A stretch of 64,000 bases of DNA from NCBI GenBank assembly GCA_028534125.1, contig CM052816.1:56174001-56238000 (forward strand). Direction: 5' to 3'. Positions 11,066-24,061 of this stretch are shown here, one piece after another. The notes under the pieces are model-generated. The model saw only the letters and a list, made by a program, of their open reading frames with translations, made no database searches and was not told the origin of the DNA. Source of the stretch: Lama glama. Its lineage: Eukaryota. A program made the position numbers and the translations under genes. Position 1 is the stretch's first letter, and each line of letters opens with the position of its first letter.

Positions 11066-11575
11066 TATACAATCCAATTTATCTACATCCAGGATTGTTT
11101 CCAGCATGTCTGCTTCCTTTTAAAATTTCTTTTTCAGCAAGGGAAGAATGTGAAGAAGTATAAATTCTTTATCTTATATACTTTACATGGCATGTCACTT
11201 TTCAAGAAGCCTGTATAGAAATATTTATCCTAAACAGTAAGTTATAACTTTGCCCAGTGGGAAAGGAGCAAGCTTATAAATTCCCAAAGTATTTAGGAGT
11301 TTTCCAAGAATGGGAAATAGTTCTTGGCTGCCGCTACTACTGTGTTGGGGAATGGAGCAGAGGAAAAAATGGAACTTAGAATTCCTGCAATTCTGAGATT
11401 TGAGTGCCAACTGTTCCTTACAAATGAAACAAGCTCAGTACAAGGATTGAAGGGATTTACTGATGCATCTGGGAAGTAGCTTACATACAAGGGAACTGTG
11501 CACAGAAGCAAATGAGGGTCATTGCAGGATTTCACTGTCAGGGAAGGGAGTTCCTCACGGTTTTTAATAAAAACC

Positions 11576-11778
11576 AGGGATTAGTAAACTTACATAAAGG
11601 GCCAGCTAGTAAGTATTTTGGTTTTGTGAGTCAGATGGTTTCTGTCACAAGTGACCCAGCAGTTGTGGAGTGAGACAGTATGCAGACCAATGGATGGGGC
11701 TGTATTCCAGTAAAACCTCATTTGCCAAAATAGGTGATGAACTGGATTTGGTCCTTTGGCTATAGTTTGCCAACCCCT
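11576..11778. mobile_element. MER58-like hAT MITE
   Basis: Terminal inverted repeats cagggattagtaaact ... agtttgccaacccct; internal aaagggccag.tagtaa.tatttt. Confidence 0.7.
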
Positions 11779-11959
11779 CATATGGATAGATACAGAAATA
11801 AGTAAAGAAGTTATTATATGTATTTACTGATACACAGCATTAGAAATGTTCCTATAACCACATGATACAAAATAAATCCATTTAACTTTCTGTTCAAAAA
11901 AAGAAATATATGGGTATGTGTACATATGTATGTACATACATATGTTTTCTGGCTCTGCT

Positions 11960-14510
11960 GAGAGGGCTTAGATACAAAGAGTACACTTTTAGCTTATATT
12001 CTGGTTTCAAAGTATCATTCACTACCAAAAGGGTTCCTTGGAGAAAAGTTTGATTCCAAGACTGGGAAAGAGCCTCGAATATCACGTGCTTAAAAAGCAA
12101 GAAAGTACTCCAAGACTGAAGAGGACATGCCAAAAGGATGCAAGAGCCCTCTGGAAGGAGTGTGGCTGGCCAACGCTGGGACAATTTAACTACTGAATAG
12201 GGATAGTGACAGATTATAACCCACTCAGTAAAACAGTAATCCCTGAGTGCATACAAATAAAAATAATGAATCAAATGCCAAACAATAAATATAGAAGGAG
12301 TAATGGAATTAGAAAAGTCAGCACTTGGCAGCCATCTTAGTAATAACCGATTTAGGCAAGAACCATCTGCGGATGCAAAAACTACTGGGTGAACACTGGC
12401 TGAACAACAGGAATTTATAAGTCTCAAAATAATGCCCCACAAGATACCTAATTATTTATTAACAAGTACAAAATACCTGGCAGATGACATCTTAGCCAAC
12501 TTACGAGTTACCATTGCAAGTAATGGAATAAATAAGGCATCATGCCACCTGATACGCACACAGAACACAGCATCACTGTCTTATTCCTGCCAGAAGGGCA
12601 TAACTTGAATCTAATCCTGTGGAAAAAACAAGCTAAAGGATATTCTACAGAGTAACTGGACTGGATTGTTCAAAAAATCTCATGGTGTTGAAATACAAGG
12701 AAAAATTAATGGCTCCAAACTGAAGGTGGCTAAAGAGGCACGACAAGTAAATGCAGCACTGGATCCCACACTGGACGCTGGACCTATAAAGCACGTTACT
12801 GGAACAACTGGCAAAATCTGAATGAGGTCTGTGCTTTGGATGGTAGTAGCATGTCGGTTTCCGGATTTGTGATGGTTGTACTGTAGTTATTGAGATGTGG
12901 AAATCCAAATGGAAACATTAAAGGGTCTTTGGAAATCATATATGCACCTTGCATATGGCTTAGGGAAAAAATGTTTTGATAGAATAAGGCAAGTAGGATA
13001 CAATTTTATAATTGGGATGTCTGAATAAACAGTATATATAGGAGTTCTTTTTATACTCTTCTTACAACTTCTCTGTAAGTTTGAAGTTACTTCAAAAGAA
13101 AAAAAAGTCTAAAGTTTAGAAATTAAAGCCATCTGTACTGGTCCAAGAAGATAAACTGGTAAATAGGACAGACTGAGAGTTCAGAAACTGACTCCTGTAT
13201 TTATGATTTAGTATTTGCTATTCATGAGATTAAAAGCAGGGGGGAGATTATAGGAATACCTTGGAGATACTGCAGGCTCAGTTCCAGGTCACCACAATAA
13301 AGCGAGTATTGCAATAAAGTCAGTCACTTGAGTTTTTTGGTTTCCCAGCACATATAAAAGTTATGTTTACACTACACTGTAGTCTTTTAAGTATGTCTAA
13401 AAAAACAATTTAAATACCTTAATCAAAAAATACTTGATTGCTAAAAAAGAAAAAACCATCATCAGACAACGCAGGGTTGTCACAAACCTTCAATTTGTAA
13501 AATCATAATTACCCGCAAATCTTAACAAAGTGAAGCACAAAAAAATTAGGCATGCCTTTACAGACTGCTCGAAAATGATGTCGGGACCAGAGACCAACTA
13601 ACCATCTAGGGAACAAAGTTAAAATATAAATCATCTACAACACATTAAGATAAATTCTAGCCAAGTCAAGAATTTAACAGGAAAAAATATAATATTAAAA
13701 GAAAATTTGAGAGGTTGTTTTTATATTTTTACCCTTGTTTTGGAGGCCTTTCTTAGCATACTTCCCAAGGCCGAAACAGTAAAGGATTAAGATGGAAGAA
13801 TACTACTCTGTAAAACATTTAAACTTCTACAGGCAGAAAACTGTAAACATGGTTTAAAAAACAATTTAGAGAACTTTACAATATATGGTAGGTAAGTATA
13901 TAATATAAATACAAGAAAATATAAAAGTATCACTGACATATCTATCAACAAATACAACATTAAAGAGTTCTTAAGCCAAGGAAGGAATGAACATCCTAGG
14001 GGGAAAAATGGATGTCGAAAATAAACTTGCAGTTTACAACATAAAAAATACAAATAGCTAGTAAGTAAAAGAGGCCTATATTCACTAAACATCAAAATAT
14101 AACAGTATAAAATGATAACAGTTATACTTTATCAACAGATTAGCAAAGTATATGGGCAAAGGTGTGCCCCACTATTGGCCAGGCGTATATTGGTGTGACC
14201 TCTAGAAGACAGTCTGATGGTAAGAACGAAAAGACAAAATGTATCAAAAGATAAAATACATCTATAAGCCCAGGAATTCACTTGTAAGAATTTATCCTCA
14301 GGAAGCAACCCTGGCGAGTGTGCAGATAGAGGAATGCTTACTCTGCAGTGTTGTTTGTGATAATAAATCACCCTAGATGTCCATCAGTCTGACACTGGTT
14401 AAAAACATATCACAGGATATAAAACTGAATATTCAACTGTTTAACATGATGATACAGGCCTTACGTATTCTTTCATAGAAAGATGCCCATAACATAGTTT
14501 TTTTTTTTAA
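11960..14510 (+). mobile_element. Old, fragmented L1M-type remnants (interrupted by Tigger MITE)
   Basis: Decayed L1 3' UTR and ORF2-like stretches (e.g. gttactggaacaactggcaaaatctgaatgaggtctg; tagatgtccatcagt). Boundaries approximate. Confidence 0.5.
13251..13558 (+). mobile_element. Tigger1-derived non-autonomous DNA transposon (~310 bp)
   Basis: TA-flanked; 5' taggaataccttggagatactgcaggctcagttccaggtcaccacaataaagcga (Tigger1 left end) and 3' aaagtgaagcacaa..aggcatgcct (right end). Confidence 0.85.
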
Positions 14511-14554
14511 AGTAGCAAAAGTACAAAAGTAAGTTTTTTAAGAAGTCACATTAT

Positions 14555-17404
14555 GATGTGGCCAAGATGGCACAGTAGGAAGATTCCCGAGTTCGCCTCC
14601 TGCCATTGACACACGAAAATTACAACCATTTACAGAGAAATTATTGATGAAAATGACCTGAAGGCTACTAGCAGAGAAGATTTTCCACAACTAAAGATAC
14701 ACAGGGAACCACAAGGAGACAGGTAGGTGGGTCAAGACCCCCACCCTCTGGGCAGGCGACCCACAAATGGGATCAGATCATAACTGCAGAGGTTCTCCAC
14801 CAGTGGGAGGGATCTGAGCCCCACACCAGGCTCCCCAGACTGGGGGTCCTGCACCAGGAAGATGAGCCCCCCTGAACATCCAGCTTTGAAGGCCAGCAGA
14901 GCTTGCATATGGGAGAGCTGGAGGGCCACAGGAAACAGATTCTGCTCTTAAGAAGCACACGAAAAATCTCATGGGCTCCACGTCCCAATGCAGAGACAAT
15001 ATGAAAGGAGCCTGGGTCAGACCCACTTGATGATTCTACAGAGCCTCCCAGCGAGGCAGGAGACTCCTGGGACTCCCCTGGGGACAAACACACTGGCAGG
15101 AGCCATTCTGGGGAGCTAGTTCTACCACAAGGACACTGGTGCTGGCCAGTGCCATTCTGGAGTCCTCCCTCTAGACTGTCAGCACCAGGGGCTTACCTAT
15201 CCACCAGCAGGCCAGTACCAGTCCCAGGAACCCCAGCCCCCACAGCCAGCTGCCTCAGGACCCAGATCTGTCCACCTGTGGGGTGGCAGCCACCACATCC
15301 AGGGGCCAGCCCCACCTACCAGTGCACTCACAGTAGTCCACCCCATAACAGAAGGGCCCATGGAGCCCACATACGGGGCACCCCTTAGGTGGCTCAGGTG
15401 GCCAGACAGGAGTGTGCTACTGGGCCCCATGGGACCTCTCCTACAAAAGGTCACTTCTCCAATATGAGGAAATGTAACTGACCTACCTAACACATAGAAA
15501 TAAACACAGAGAATTAGGCAACACGCGGAGACAGGAATATGTTCCAAATAAGGGGATAACAAAGTTTCAGAAAAAGAGCTAACCAAAGTGGAGATGAGCG
15601 ATCTACCCAAAAAAGAGTTCAAGGTAATGATCATCAAGATGCGTAATGAACTTGGGGAAAGAATAGATGAGCAATTTTAACAGAGTTGGAAAATATAAAG
15701 ATGAACCAAACAGTGGAAGAATACAGTAGCTGAAATTTAAAATACACTAGAAGGAATCAACAGTAGATTAGATGATACAGAGGAATGGATCAGCAAACTA
15801 GAAGACAATACTGGAAATCACAGAGGCTGAACAGAAAAAATTTTAAAATGAGGATAGTTTTAGAGATCTCTGGGGCAACAGGAAGCACAGTAACATTTCC
15901 ATTATAGGGGCCCCAGAAGGAAAAGAGAGAGGAAAGGGGGCAGAGAGTGTATCTGAGGAAATAACAGCTGAAAATGTCCTTAATCTAGGAAAAGAAACAG
16001 ACGTCCAGGTTTAGGAAGCACAGAGCGTCCCAAACAGGATCACCCAAAGAGGATCACAACAAGACACACTGTGATTGAAATGGCAAAAATTAAAGGTAGA
16101 GAATCTTAAAAGCATCAAGAGAAAAGCAACTAGTTGCTTCCAAGGGAGCTCCCATAAGACAGCCAGCTGACTTTTCAGCAGAAGCTCTGCAGGCCAGAGA
16201 TATTATTCAAAGTGATGAAAGATAAAAACCGACAACCAAGAATACTCTACCCAGCAAGGCTGTCGTTCAGATCTGAAGGAGAGACAGAGCTCTACAGAGG
16301 AGCAAAAGCTAAGGGTTCAGCACCACGAAACCAGTTCTATAAGAAATGTTAAAGGGACTCCTCCAAGCAGAAAGGACCACAACTATAAATATGGAAATTA
16401 CAGAAAGGAAAACCATTGGTAAAGGCAAACATACAGTAAAGGTAGTTGAGGATCAATCACCTAAAAAGTTAGAAGGAAGGTTAAAAACACAGAAGTAATA
16501 AAATCATAAGTAGTTAAGGGATACACAAAACAAAAAGATGCAAAATATAAAGTCAAAAACAGTAAACATGAGAGGGGGAGTAAAAATGTAAGACTGTTAG
16601 AATGCATTCCAACTTAAGAGATCACCAACTTAAAATGATCGTGTTGTGTGTGTGTGTGTGTGTGTGTACAGGTTGGTGTATATGAACCTCATGGTAACTA
16701 CAAACCCAAAACCTGTAATAATAAATACACACACAAAAAAAGAGAAAAGAACTAAACATAATACTAAAGGTAGTCATCACATCACAAGGGAAAAGAGCAA
16801 AAGATGAAAGGAGCAAGAAAGAGCTACAAAACAACCGGAAAACAATTAACAAAATGGCAGTAAGCACATACCTATCAATAATTACTGTAAATGTAAATAG
16901 ACTAAATTCTCCAATCAAAAGACATAGTGGACTCAGCCATTAAAAAAAAGAAATCTTGTTGCAGTTGTGACAATATGGATAAATCCACAGCATCCTCTAA
17001 TATTGTGTTAAATGAAATGTCAGACAGAGAAACAAAAACACCATATGATCTCACTTATATGTGGAATCTAAAAAGCAAAACAAACAAAATGAAACAAAAA
17101 CAGATTCATAAATACAGACTCATAAATACAAACAGGTGGGTGCCAAGAGGGAGGACAGTGTGGGCGGCGGGTAAAATAGATGACGGGGATTAAGAGGAAC
17201 AAACCTCCACCAATATAATACATTTGTCATGGGAATGTAATATACAGCATAAGGAATATGATGAATAATATTGTAATAACTCTGTATGGGGACAGATAAT
17301 TTTCTGTCATGGTGATCATTTCACAATGTATACAAACGTCAAATCATTTTTTAGTACTCCTGAAACTAACATAATATTGCATGTTAACTATATTCCAGTA
17401 AAAA
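14555..17404 (+). mobile_element. LINE-1 with 5' UTR, decayed ORF1, ORF2 almost entirely missing, 3' UTR and A tail (HAL1-like)
   Basis: Starts ggccaagatggc..agtaggaag; ORF1 remnants ~15520-16400; ORF2 start joined to ORF2 end at ~16930; 15-bp TSD aagaagtca(c/t)attat at 14540-14554 and 17405-17419. Confidence 0.88.
16640..16667. repeat. (TG)n microsatellite inside the L1
   Basis: cgtgttgtgtgtgtgtgtgtgtgtgtgt. Confidence 0.9.
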
Positions 17405-18277
17405 AAGAAGTCATATTATATGTTGATATTCATTTTTTGAGCCTAAAGTGAGATAAATGGGATAAAAATTGACATCAATCTTTGGTAAATGAAATTACAG
17501 GATCCCTACTTATTTTGTGCATATCTGTGTTCTAACTTTTTACACTAAGCATTTATTTCTTTCATAAAAATTGCAATAATATCTTTTCGAGAAAAGAATT
17601 CAGGGTATTAATGTGAATGTAAAAATAAATTTTTTGTAACATGATGTTTTCATAAATGATCAAATGAAAGGGCAGAAAAACATGGGAGGAAAACCTTCTC
17701 ACCTCTGAAAACTGGCAGTGATGGTGGCGATGAACCAATAAAACGTCCGTAAGAGAAAGTAGTTATTGTCAACCTCGGGCCCCAGCTCCCACCACCGAGG
17801 CTCCATACGCCTTTGGAACATTTCCCTAGTTATAAAGGTTTTCCCAGATTCTTTTCTAGGCCACTTGAAAAAAGCAAGTGGAGATCACAAAATTAAAGGA
17901 CACTAACTAGAGGTACAGTCACCATATATTCCTAACCAAAAATCTAGACCCAGGATTTGACAAATAGGATTATACATACAAGGCCAATAAGCAGTATTAA
18001 AATTGAGTCTTTCTCTTAAGGACGCTGACTACTTGTTGAGCCCCTCCCCCACCCCAATGAAAATCAGAGGGTGATTCCCTAGGGGGGCCTCCACTTTTCA
18101 GCAGAGGAAATGCACTTCCCGAGGGAGGGAGGGAAGGACGAAAGCCCAGTGCTTATACTCAGTACACGAAAAATGAATTCCCCTGTTCCAGCCTGCACCA
18201 CAGTGTATGTAAGCAACATAGAGTAACATACAAGGGCACATTTTCAGAACAGACAATGGATTAAAATAATCACCTAC

Positions 18278-18388
18278 CAGAGTTTTAAGAATAGTCTTGA
18301 CTGGCAGAAAGTGTCTGGATGTATCGATTAAAATTCCTCTATGAGGAAATCTTGGAGAATCGATAATTTTGGATTCATTGACGGTGAA
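18278..18388 (-). CDS. HEXB: HEXB exon 5
   Basis: 111 nt, tatag|TTC..CTG|gtaggt; FTVNESKIIDSPRFPHRGILIDTSRHFLPVKTILKTL (substrate-binding Arg of DTSRH). Confidence 0.98.
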
Positions 18389-18649
18389 CTATAAAACAAA
18401 ATAAAATTTTGATTTTTACAATTTTCTCTTGATGTGAGCTCAATAAAGATCATATCTATCTATGCAAGTATTTGGTAAAGATTAATACAGACCCCCCCCA
18501 CCCTGAACAAAAGGGGCAAAATTTACATTTACCAGCTAAGATAAATACTTTGGGAGAAGAAACGTTCAAGAAACATAGCCAAAAAGTTTACATTTTTCTT
18601 GTAGCATTTGTCTACCCAACAACGTTAGTAACATAATAATCATACTTAC

Positions 18650-18696
18650 AGCCCCATAAGAATCTTGATAAATTAACTGGCTAAAGGTCTCTAAAC
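18650..18696 (-). CDS. HEXB: HEXB exon 4
   Basis: 47 nt, cctag|GT..GCT|gtaagt; (G)LETFSQLIYQDSYGA. Confidence 0.97.
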
Positions 18697-19259
18697 CTAG
18701 GGAAAGTAAAATTTATAATTTATTGCATCAATTTATAAAATAGAGATAATAAAAATTGTACTGTCCAAACACGAACCATAACCAGGAAAGACAAATAAAA
18801 TTAAATATAATGTTATACATATACCCTCTAACATATTTTCTAAACTTACAACTCAATTAAAAAAAAAATTCCTGCTGCCATCTAATAAAAACGCTTTACT
18901 TCATACCTGGGTTTTCTTTGAATGATAAACACAAAAAATAATAGTGACTTCATAAAACAAAATACTAGTTCCTTAATAAATTTCTAGCATTACCAGAATT
19001 TTTATGATAAAATATAGAAGGCACCTAAACTTACCAGAGGGCAAAGAGGCTCAGAAAACACCATGAAACTATAAATAAAGGCCCGACTTACAACTGACAG
19101 TGTTTCAGTCATACCTGCAAAGACCATCTCTAGAACTTTTGCTACTCAAGTGGATTGTTCCCTGTATTACAGGCCAATTCCTCTATCTGGCCTTGACTTT
19201 ATGAAAATTCATCTTTCTAGCTGACAAGTAGATTGCCAGGAGAAATTTACCTAGGAATG

Positions 19260-19478
19260 CAGGGAGACCTGGTTTCGTGCGCTTCACTTTACTGCACCTC
19301 ACAGATACTGCATTTTTCACAAATGGAAGGTTTGTGGCAACCCTGCATTGTCAGATGATGATCAGCATTTTTTAGCAATAAATTATTTTTAAATTAAGGT
19401 ATGTGCATTTTTAAAGATATAATGCTGCTGCACACTTAACAGACTACAGCATAGTGTAAACACAACTTTAATACACAG
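19260..19478 (-). mobile_element. Second Tigger1-derived MITE, truncated by the gap
   Basis: Reverse complement matches the 13251-13558 element including the same internal junction (caaccctgcattgtcagatgatg). Confidence 0.82.
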
Positions 19479-19978
19479 NNNNNNNNNNNNNNNNNNNNNN
19501 NNNNNNNNNNNNNNNNNNNNNNNNNNNNNNNNNNNNNNNNNNNNNNNNNNNNNNNNNNNNNNNNNNNNNNNNNNNNNNNNNNNNNNNNNNNNNNNNNNNN
19601 NNNNNNNNNNNNNNNNNNNNNNNNNNNNNNNNNNNNNNNNNNNNNNNNNNNNNNNNNNNNNNNNNNNNNNNNNNNNNNNNNNNNNNNNNNNNNNNNNNNN
19701 NNNNNNNNNNNNNNNNNNNNNNNNNNNNNNNNNNNNNNNNNNNNNNNNNNNNNNNNNNNNNNNNNNNNNNNNNNNNNNNNNNNNNNNNNNNNNNNNNNNN
19801 NNNNNNNNNNNNNNNNNNNNNNNNNNNNNNNNNNNNNNNNNNNNNNNNNNNNNNNNNNNNNNNNNNNNNNNNNNNNNNNNNNNNNNNNNNNNNNNNNNNN
19901 NNNNNNNNNNNNNNNNNNNNNNNNNNNNNNNNNNNNNNNNNNNNNNNNNNNNNNNNNNNNNNNNNNNNNNNNNNNNNN
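19479..19978. other. Assembly gap (500 N) in HEXB intron 3
   Basis: Exactly 500 N; same length as second gap, so probably a placeholder size. Confidence 0.99.
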
Positions 19979-21912
19979 AAGAAATTAAGAAAACAATCCT
20001 ATTTACAGTTATATCAAAAAGAATAAAATGCCTAGAATAAATTTGAGAATTTGAAAGACCTCTACACTAAATACTTTAAGACACTAATGAACAATACTTA
20101 AAAAGATATAAATAAATGGAAAGATATTCTGTGCTCATGAATTGGAAAAATTAATATTGTTAAAGTATCCATACTACCCAAAGCCATCTACAGATTCAGT
20201 GCAATTCCTATCAAAATTCCAAAGGCATTTTTCACAGAAATAAAAAATTCTAAAATCTGTATAGAACCACAAAAGACCCCAAATAGTCAAAGCAATCTTA
20301 AGAAGAACAAAGATGGAGGTATCATGCTCCATAATTTTAAGTTATATTACAAAGCTATAGCATCAAAACAGTATGGTATTAACATAACAACAAGCACAAA
20401 GATCAATGGAACAGAATAAAGGGCCCAGAAATACACTCATGCATATATAGTCAATTAATTTACAACACAGGAGCCAAGGATATACAATGGGGAAAGGACA
20501 GCCTCTCTAATAAATAGTGCTGGGGAAATGGACAGTCACATGCAAAAGAATGAAACTAGACCGCTGTCTAACACCATACACAAAAAATAACTGGAAATGG
20601 CTTATAGACTTGAACCTAAAACATGGATTATAGACTTGTACCTAAAACACGGATTACAGACAACAATCTCCTATAGCTTCTATGAGAAAACAGGTTGTAA
20701 ACTCTGACAGTCTTGACAATATTTTTTGGATGTGACACCAAAAGTAAAGGCAACAAAAGCAAAAATAAACAAGTGGGACAACACCAAACTAAAACGCTTC
20801 CGTACAGCAAAGGAAATCATCAACAAAATGAAAAGGCAACATACCAAATGGGAGAAAATATTTGCAAATCATGTATTTGTTAAGAGGTTAATATATAAAG
20901 AACTCTAACTCAAGCAAAAAACCCCTCACATAATCCAATTTAAAAATGGGCAGAGGATCTGAACAGACATTTTTTTTTTCCAAAGAAGACATACAGTGGC
21001 CAGTAGGTAAATGAAAAAGGTACTCATCACTAACCACCAGGAAAATGCAAATCAAAACCACAATGAACTATCACCTCACATATGTTAGAATGGCCATTCT
21101 CAAAAAGACAAGAAATATCAAGTGTTCGCGAGGATGTGGAGTAAAAGAAACCCACATGCGCTGTTGGTAGGAATGTAAATTGGTTCAGTCACTATGGAAA
21201 ACAGGATAGAGGTTCCTCAAAAAATTAAAAGTAGAACTAGCAGAAATCCAGCAACTGCACTTGTGGGTATTTATCTAAAGGAAACAAAAACACTAATCCC
21301 CAAAACATACGCACCCCCATGTTCACTGCAGCATTATTTACAGTAGCCAAGATACGGAAACAAACTGTCCATCAATGGATGAATGAATAAAGATGTATAT
21401 ATATACGTATATACAGTGGGATATTACTCAGCCATAAAAAATAAGGAACTCTTGCCATTTGCGACAACATGGATGAAACTTGAGGGCATTATGCTAAATG
21501 AAGTAAGTCAGACAGAGAAAGACAAAGACTGTATGATCTTACTCAGATGTGGAATCTTAAACACCAAGCTCATAAATATAAACCGCCTGGAGGTTACTAG
21601 AGGTGGGCGGTTGGCAAAATGGGTGAAGGGGGTCAAAAAGTACAATCTTCTACTTTAGAACAAGTAGTCCTAGGGATGTAAGGTACAGCCTGATGACTAT
21701 AGTTAATAATACTGTTGCCTATTTGTAAGTTGCTAACAGTAAACCTTAAACGTTCTCATACGAAAAAAAATTTTTTGTACCTGTGTGTGGTGAGAGATGT
21801 TAACTAAGCTTACTGTGGTGATCACTTCACAACATATACAGCTATCAAACCATTATGTTGTATACCCGAAACCAATATAATGTTATGTCGAGTATGCCTT
21901 AAAAAAAAAAAA
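19979..21912 (+). mobile_element. LINE-1 3' half (decayed ORF2, 3' UTR, poly-A)
   Basis: ORF2-like peptides (KAKINKWDNTKLKRFRTAKEIINKMKRQHTKWEKIFANH; YYSAIKNKELLPFATTWMKLEGIML), A tail ~21900-21912; local ~26-nt tandem duplication at ~20598-20660. Confidence 0.92.
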
Positions 21913-23486
21913 AGACAGGAAATAGGAAAGTAAAAAAGTTCATTTCTACTATGCCTCTCTTCCACCCCCAAATACAGGCCCATGCCAGGAAGAATTAACT
22001 TGGGAATTTTCTGTTAAGCGGCAATACACTCAATTATCGTCTAGAGCGTGTTACTTTCTAAGTCTGACAGTAAGCAGAAAATAAAGACTTCTTGGACTAG
22101 CTGCACACAATGCCCTCTCAAAACTTCTGTTATTTTGATGTGGATCAAGGCAAACATCAAAAAAGCTCTGTTTTCCCTAACAGACTCCAGACAAGACAGG
22201 CAGATGAGGCTGATAAAAGCTTAAAGCCACGTAACATTATATATAAATGACCTAGATGAAAATGATTGCAGTTACATTTGCGGTAAATATCTACAGATAT
22301 TTTCATGTTATATTTTGAAATGAGATCATAATTATATCTAATTAATAATTAGATCATTATTATTATTATGACTATAAAACATACAGCATTAACAATGATT
22401 ATTTTAGTCTAGATAATACTCAACCTGAGTCAAATCCAGAGCCATCCTTATTTTTATTACTATAACGTTGACTGGCTAACTCACATTAAAGAAAATTATT
22501 CCTCTCCTTTTTTAAAAGCTGTACTAATCTGGAAGTCAGTACAATAGTATCTTATCCACTTAAAAGAGGTAAAAGCAGGTTTGAACACAAAAGTAAATGT
22601 CCCAATGCCAAACTGTGAAGTTCAGACTGAAATTCACAGGAAAATCTTTCAAGGTTCCTTTTTCCCCACTGCCTCCAACCACTGTAAAGTATGTTTTTAT
22701 CTTTCCAAACTGTTCCTGTAAACTTCTTATATATCTAGATCCATAGGAATTTTAAATGGGGGAAAGATTCTCTTCTTTTCTTTGCCATCAGGGTTTGTGT
22801 GGTTGACTCTGTTCCTCACATTGTCATCTCACAAGACCCCCAGGAACAAGTGATTCCTGGCCAAGAAACAGAAGCAGAACTGTCCCATTTCCCAATGGAT
22901 TCAGATGAAAATGGGATAAAATCAAGTCCAACTCCATGCTGAGATGAGGACTCTCAACATCAGATGGCATGCGTAATTATGCTGTTTCAAGGTCACTAGC
23001 ATCTTACCACACCCAGGGGACAACATCACCACAATACAGACAGCTGGACATGTTTTATTGGGAAAATGATTTTTCTCTTTTTTTCATGTGGCGGCACTAA
23101 TAGGCTGGTTCAGAAATAAATATGTGAGAACTTTTGTTTTAATAAACAAAGTGTGGGAAGGGAGATGTTTGCTACTGAAGGCAGCAAGAAGTGATAATGA
23201 AACAAAATTCCCTAATCAGAGTAGGCTGGGGCCATTTATAACTCTACAAACAGTACATTATACAGCAGTACGAATGTAATAACCTGTAAGTACTTTTAGA
23301 AGGTCAAATGCTCTTTCTCCCATGCTTTAAGTGGTACATACCTAATGGAAATTGTTTTGGAAATACCCAACAAATCATCCTACAAAGGGTCCCAGGAAGC
23401 AAAGTTTTGCTGTGCTTGATTTCCCAAAGCAGCAACTGAAAATATTTCTTTACTAGAAAATAACAATGAAACCACATAGAACTTAC

Positions 23487-23552
23487 CTCGTAATACTCCC
23501 CAAACTTTGTTGGCCTCCAGCAAAGCCACTGGTCCTTTCACCTGTAAAGTAT
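23487..23552 (-). CDS. HEXB: HEXB exon 3
   Basis: 66 nt, tacag|AT..G|gtaagt; (Y)TLQVKGPVALLEANKVWGVLR(G). Confidence 0.97.
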
Positions 23553-23583
23553 CTGTATTAAAAACAAACAAAAAAAGTTTCTT

Positions 23584-24061
23584 GTATGGTGACAGATGAT
23601 GACTAGACCGATCATGGTGATCATTTTGAAACGTACAGATATATCAAATCACTATGCTGTGTAAGAGGAACTATCATGGTGTTGTAGGTCAATTATACTT
23701 CAAAAACAAACAAACTCATAGAAAAAGAGATCAGATTTGTGGTTACCGGACAGGAGGCTGGAGGAAGGGGAACTGGATGAAGGCAGTCAAAATGTACAAA
23801 CTTCCAGTTATAAGATAATTAAGTACTAGGGATGTAATGAACATGATAAATATAACTAACACTGCTGTATGTTACATATGAAAGTTGTTAAGAGAGTTAA
23901 TCCTGAGTTCTCAACACATCTCTATATGAGATGATAGATATTCACTAAAGTTACTGTGCTCATCATTTCATGATGAAAGTAAGCCAAAGCATTGTGCTGT
24001 ACACCTTAAACTCCTAGAGTGCTGTATGTCAATTATATCTCAATAAAACTGAAGAAAAAAA
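23584..24061 (+). mobile_element. L1MA-type 3' UTR fragment adjacent to the HEXB exon 3 acceptor
   Basis: gtatggtgacagatg...gtcaattatatctcaataaaactgaagaaaaaaa; degenerate TSD aaaaaagtttctt / aaaaaggtttgtt. Confidence 0.8.

Noticed and set aside
14732..15637. Overlapping ORFs on both strands in intron 5
   Set aside because: They lie in the GC-rich L1 5' UTR/ORF1 start, not host exons.
19479..19978. Gap hiding a HEXB exon
   Set aside because: Exons 3 and 4 join in frame and all 14 expected exons are present outside the gap.
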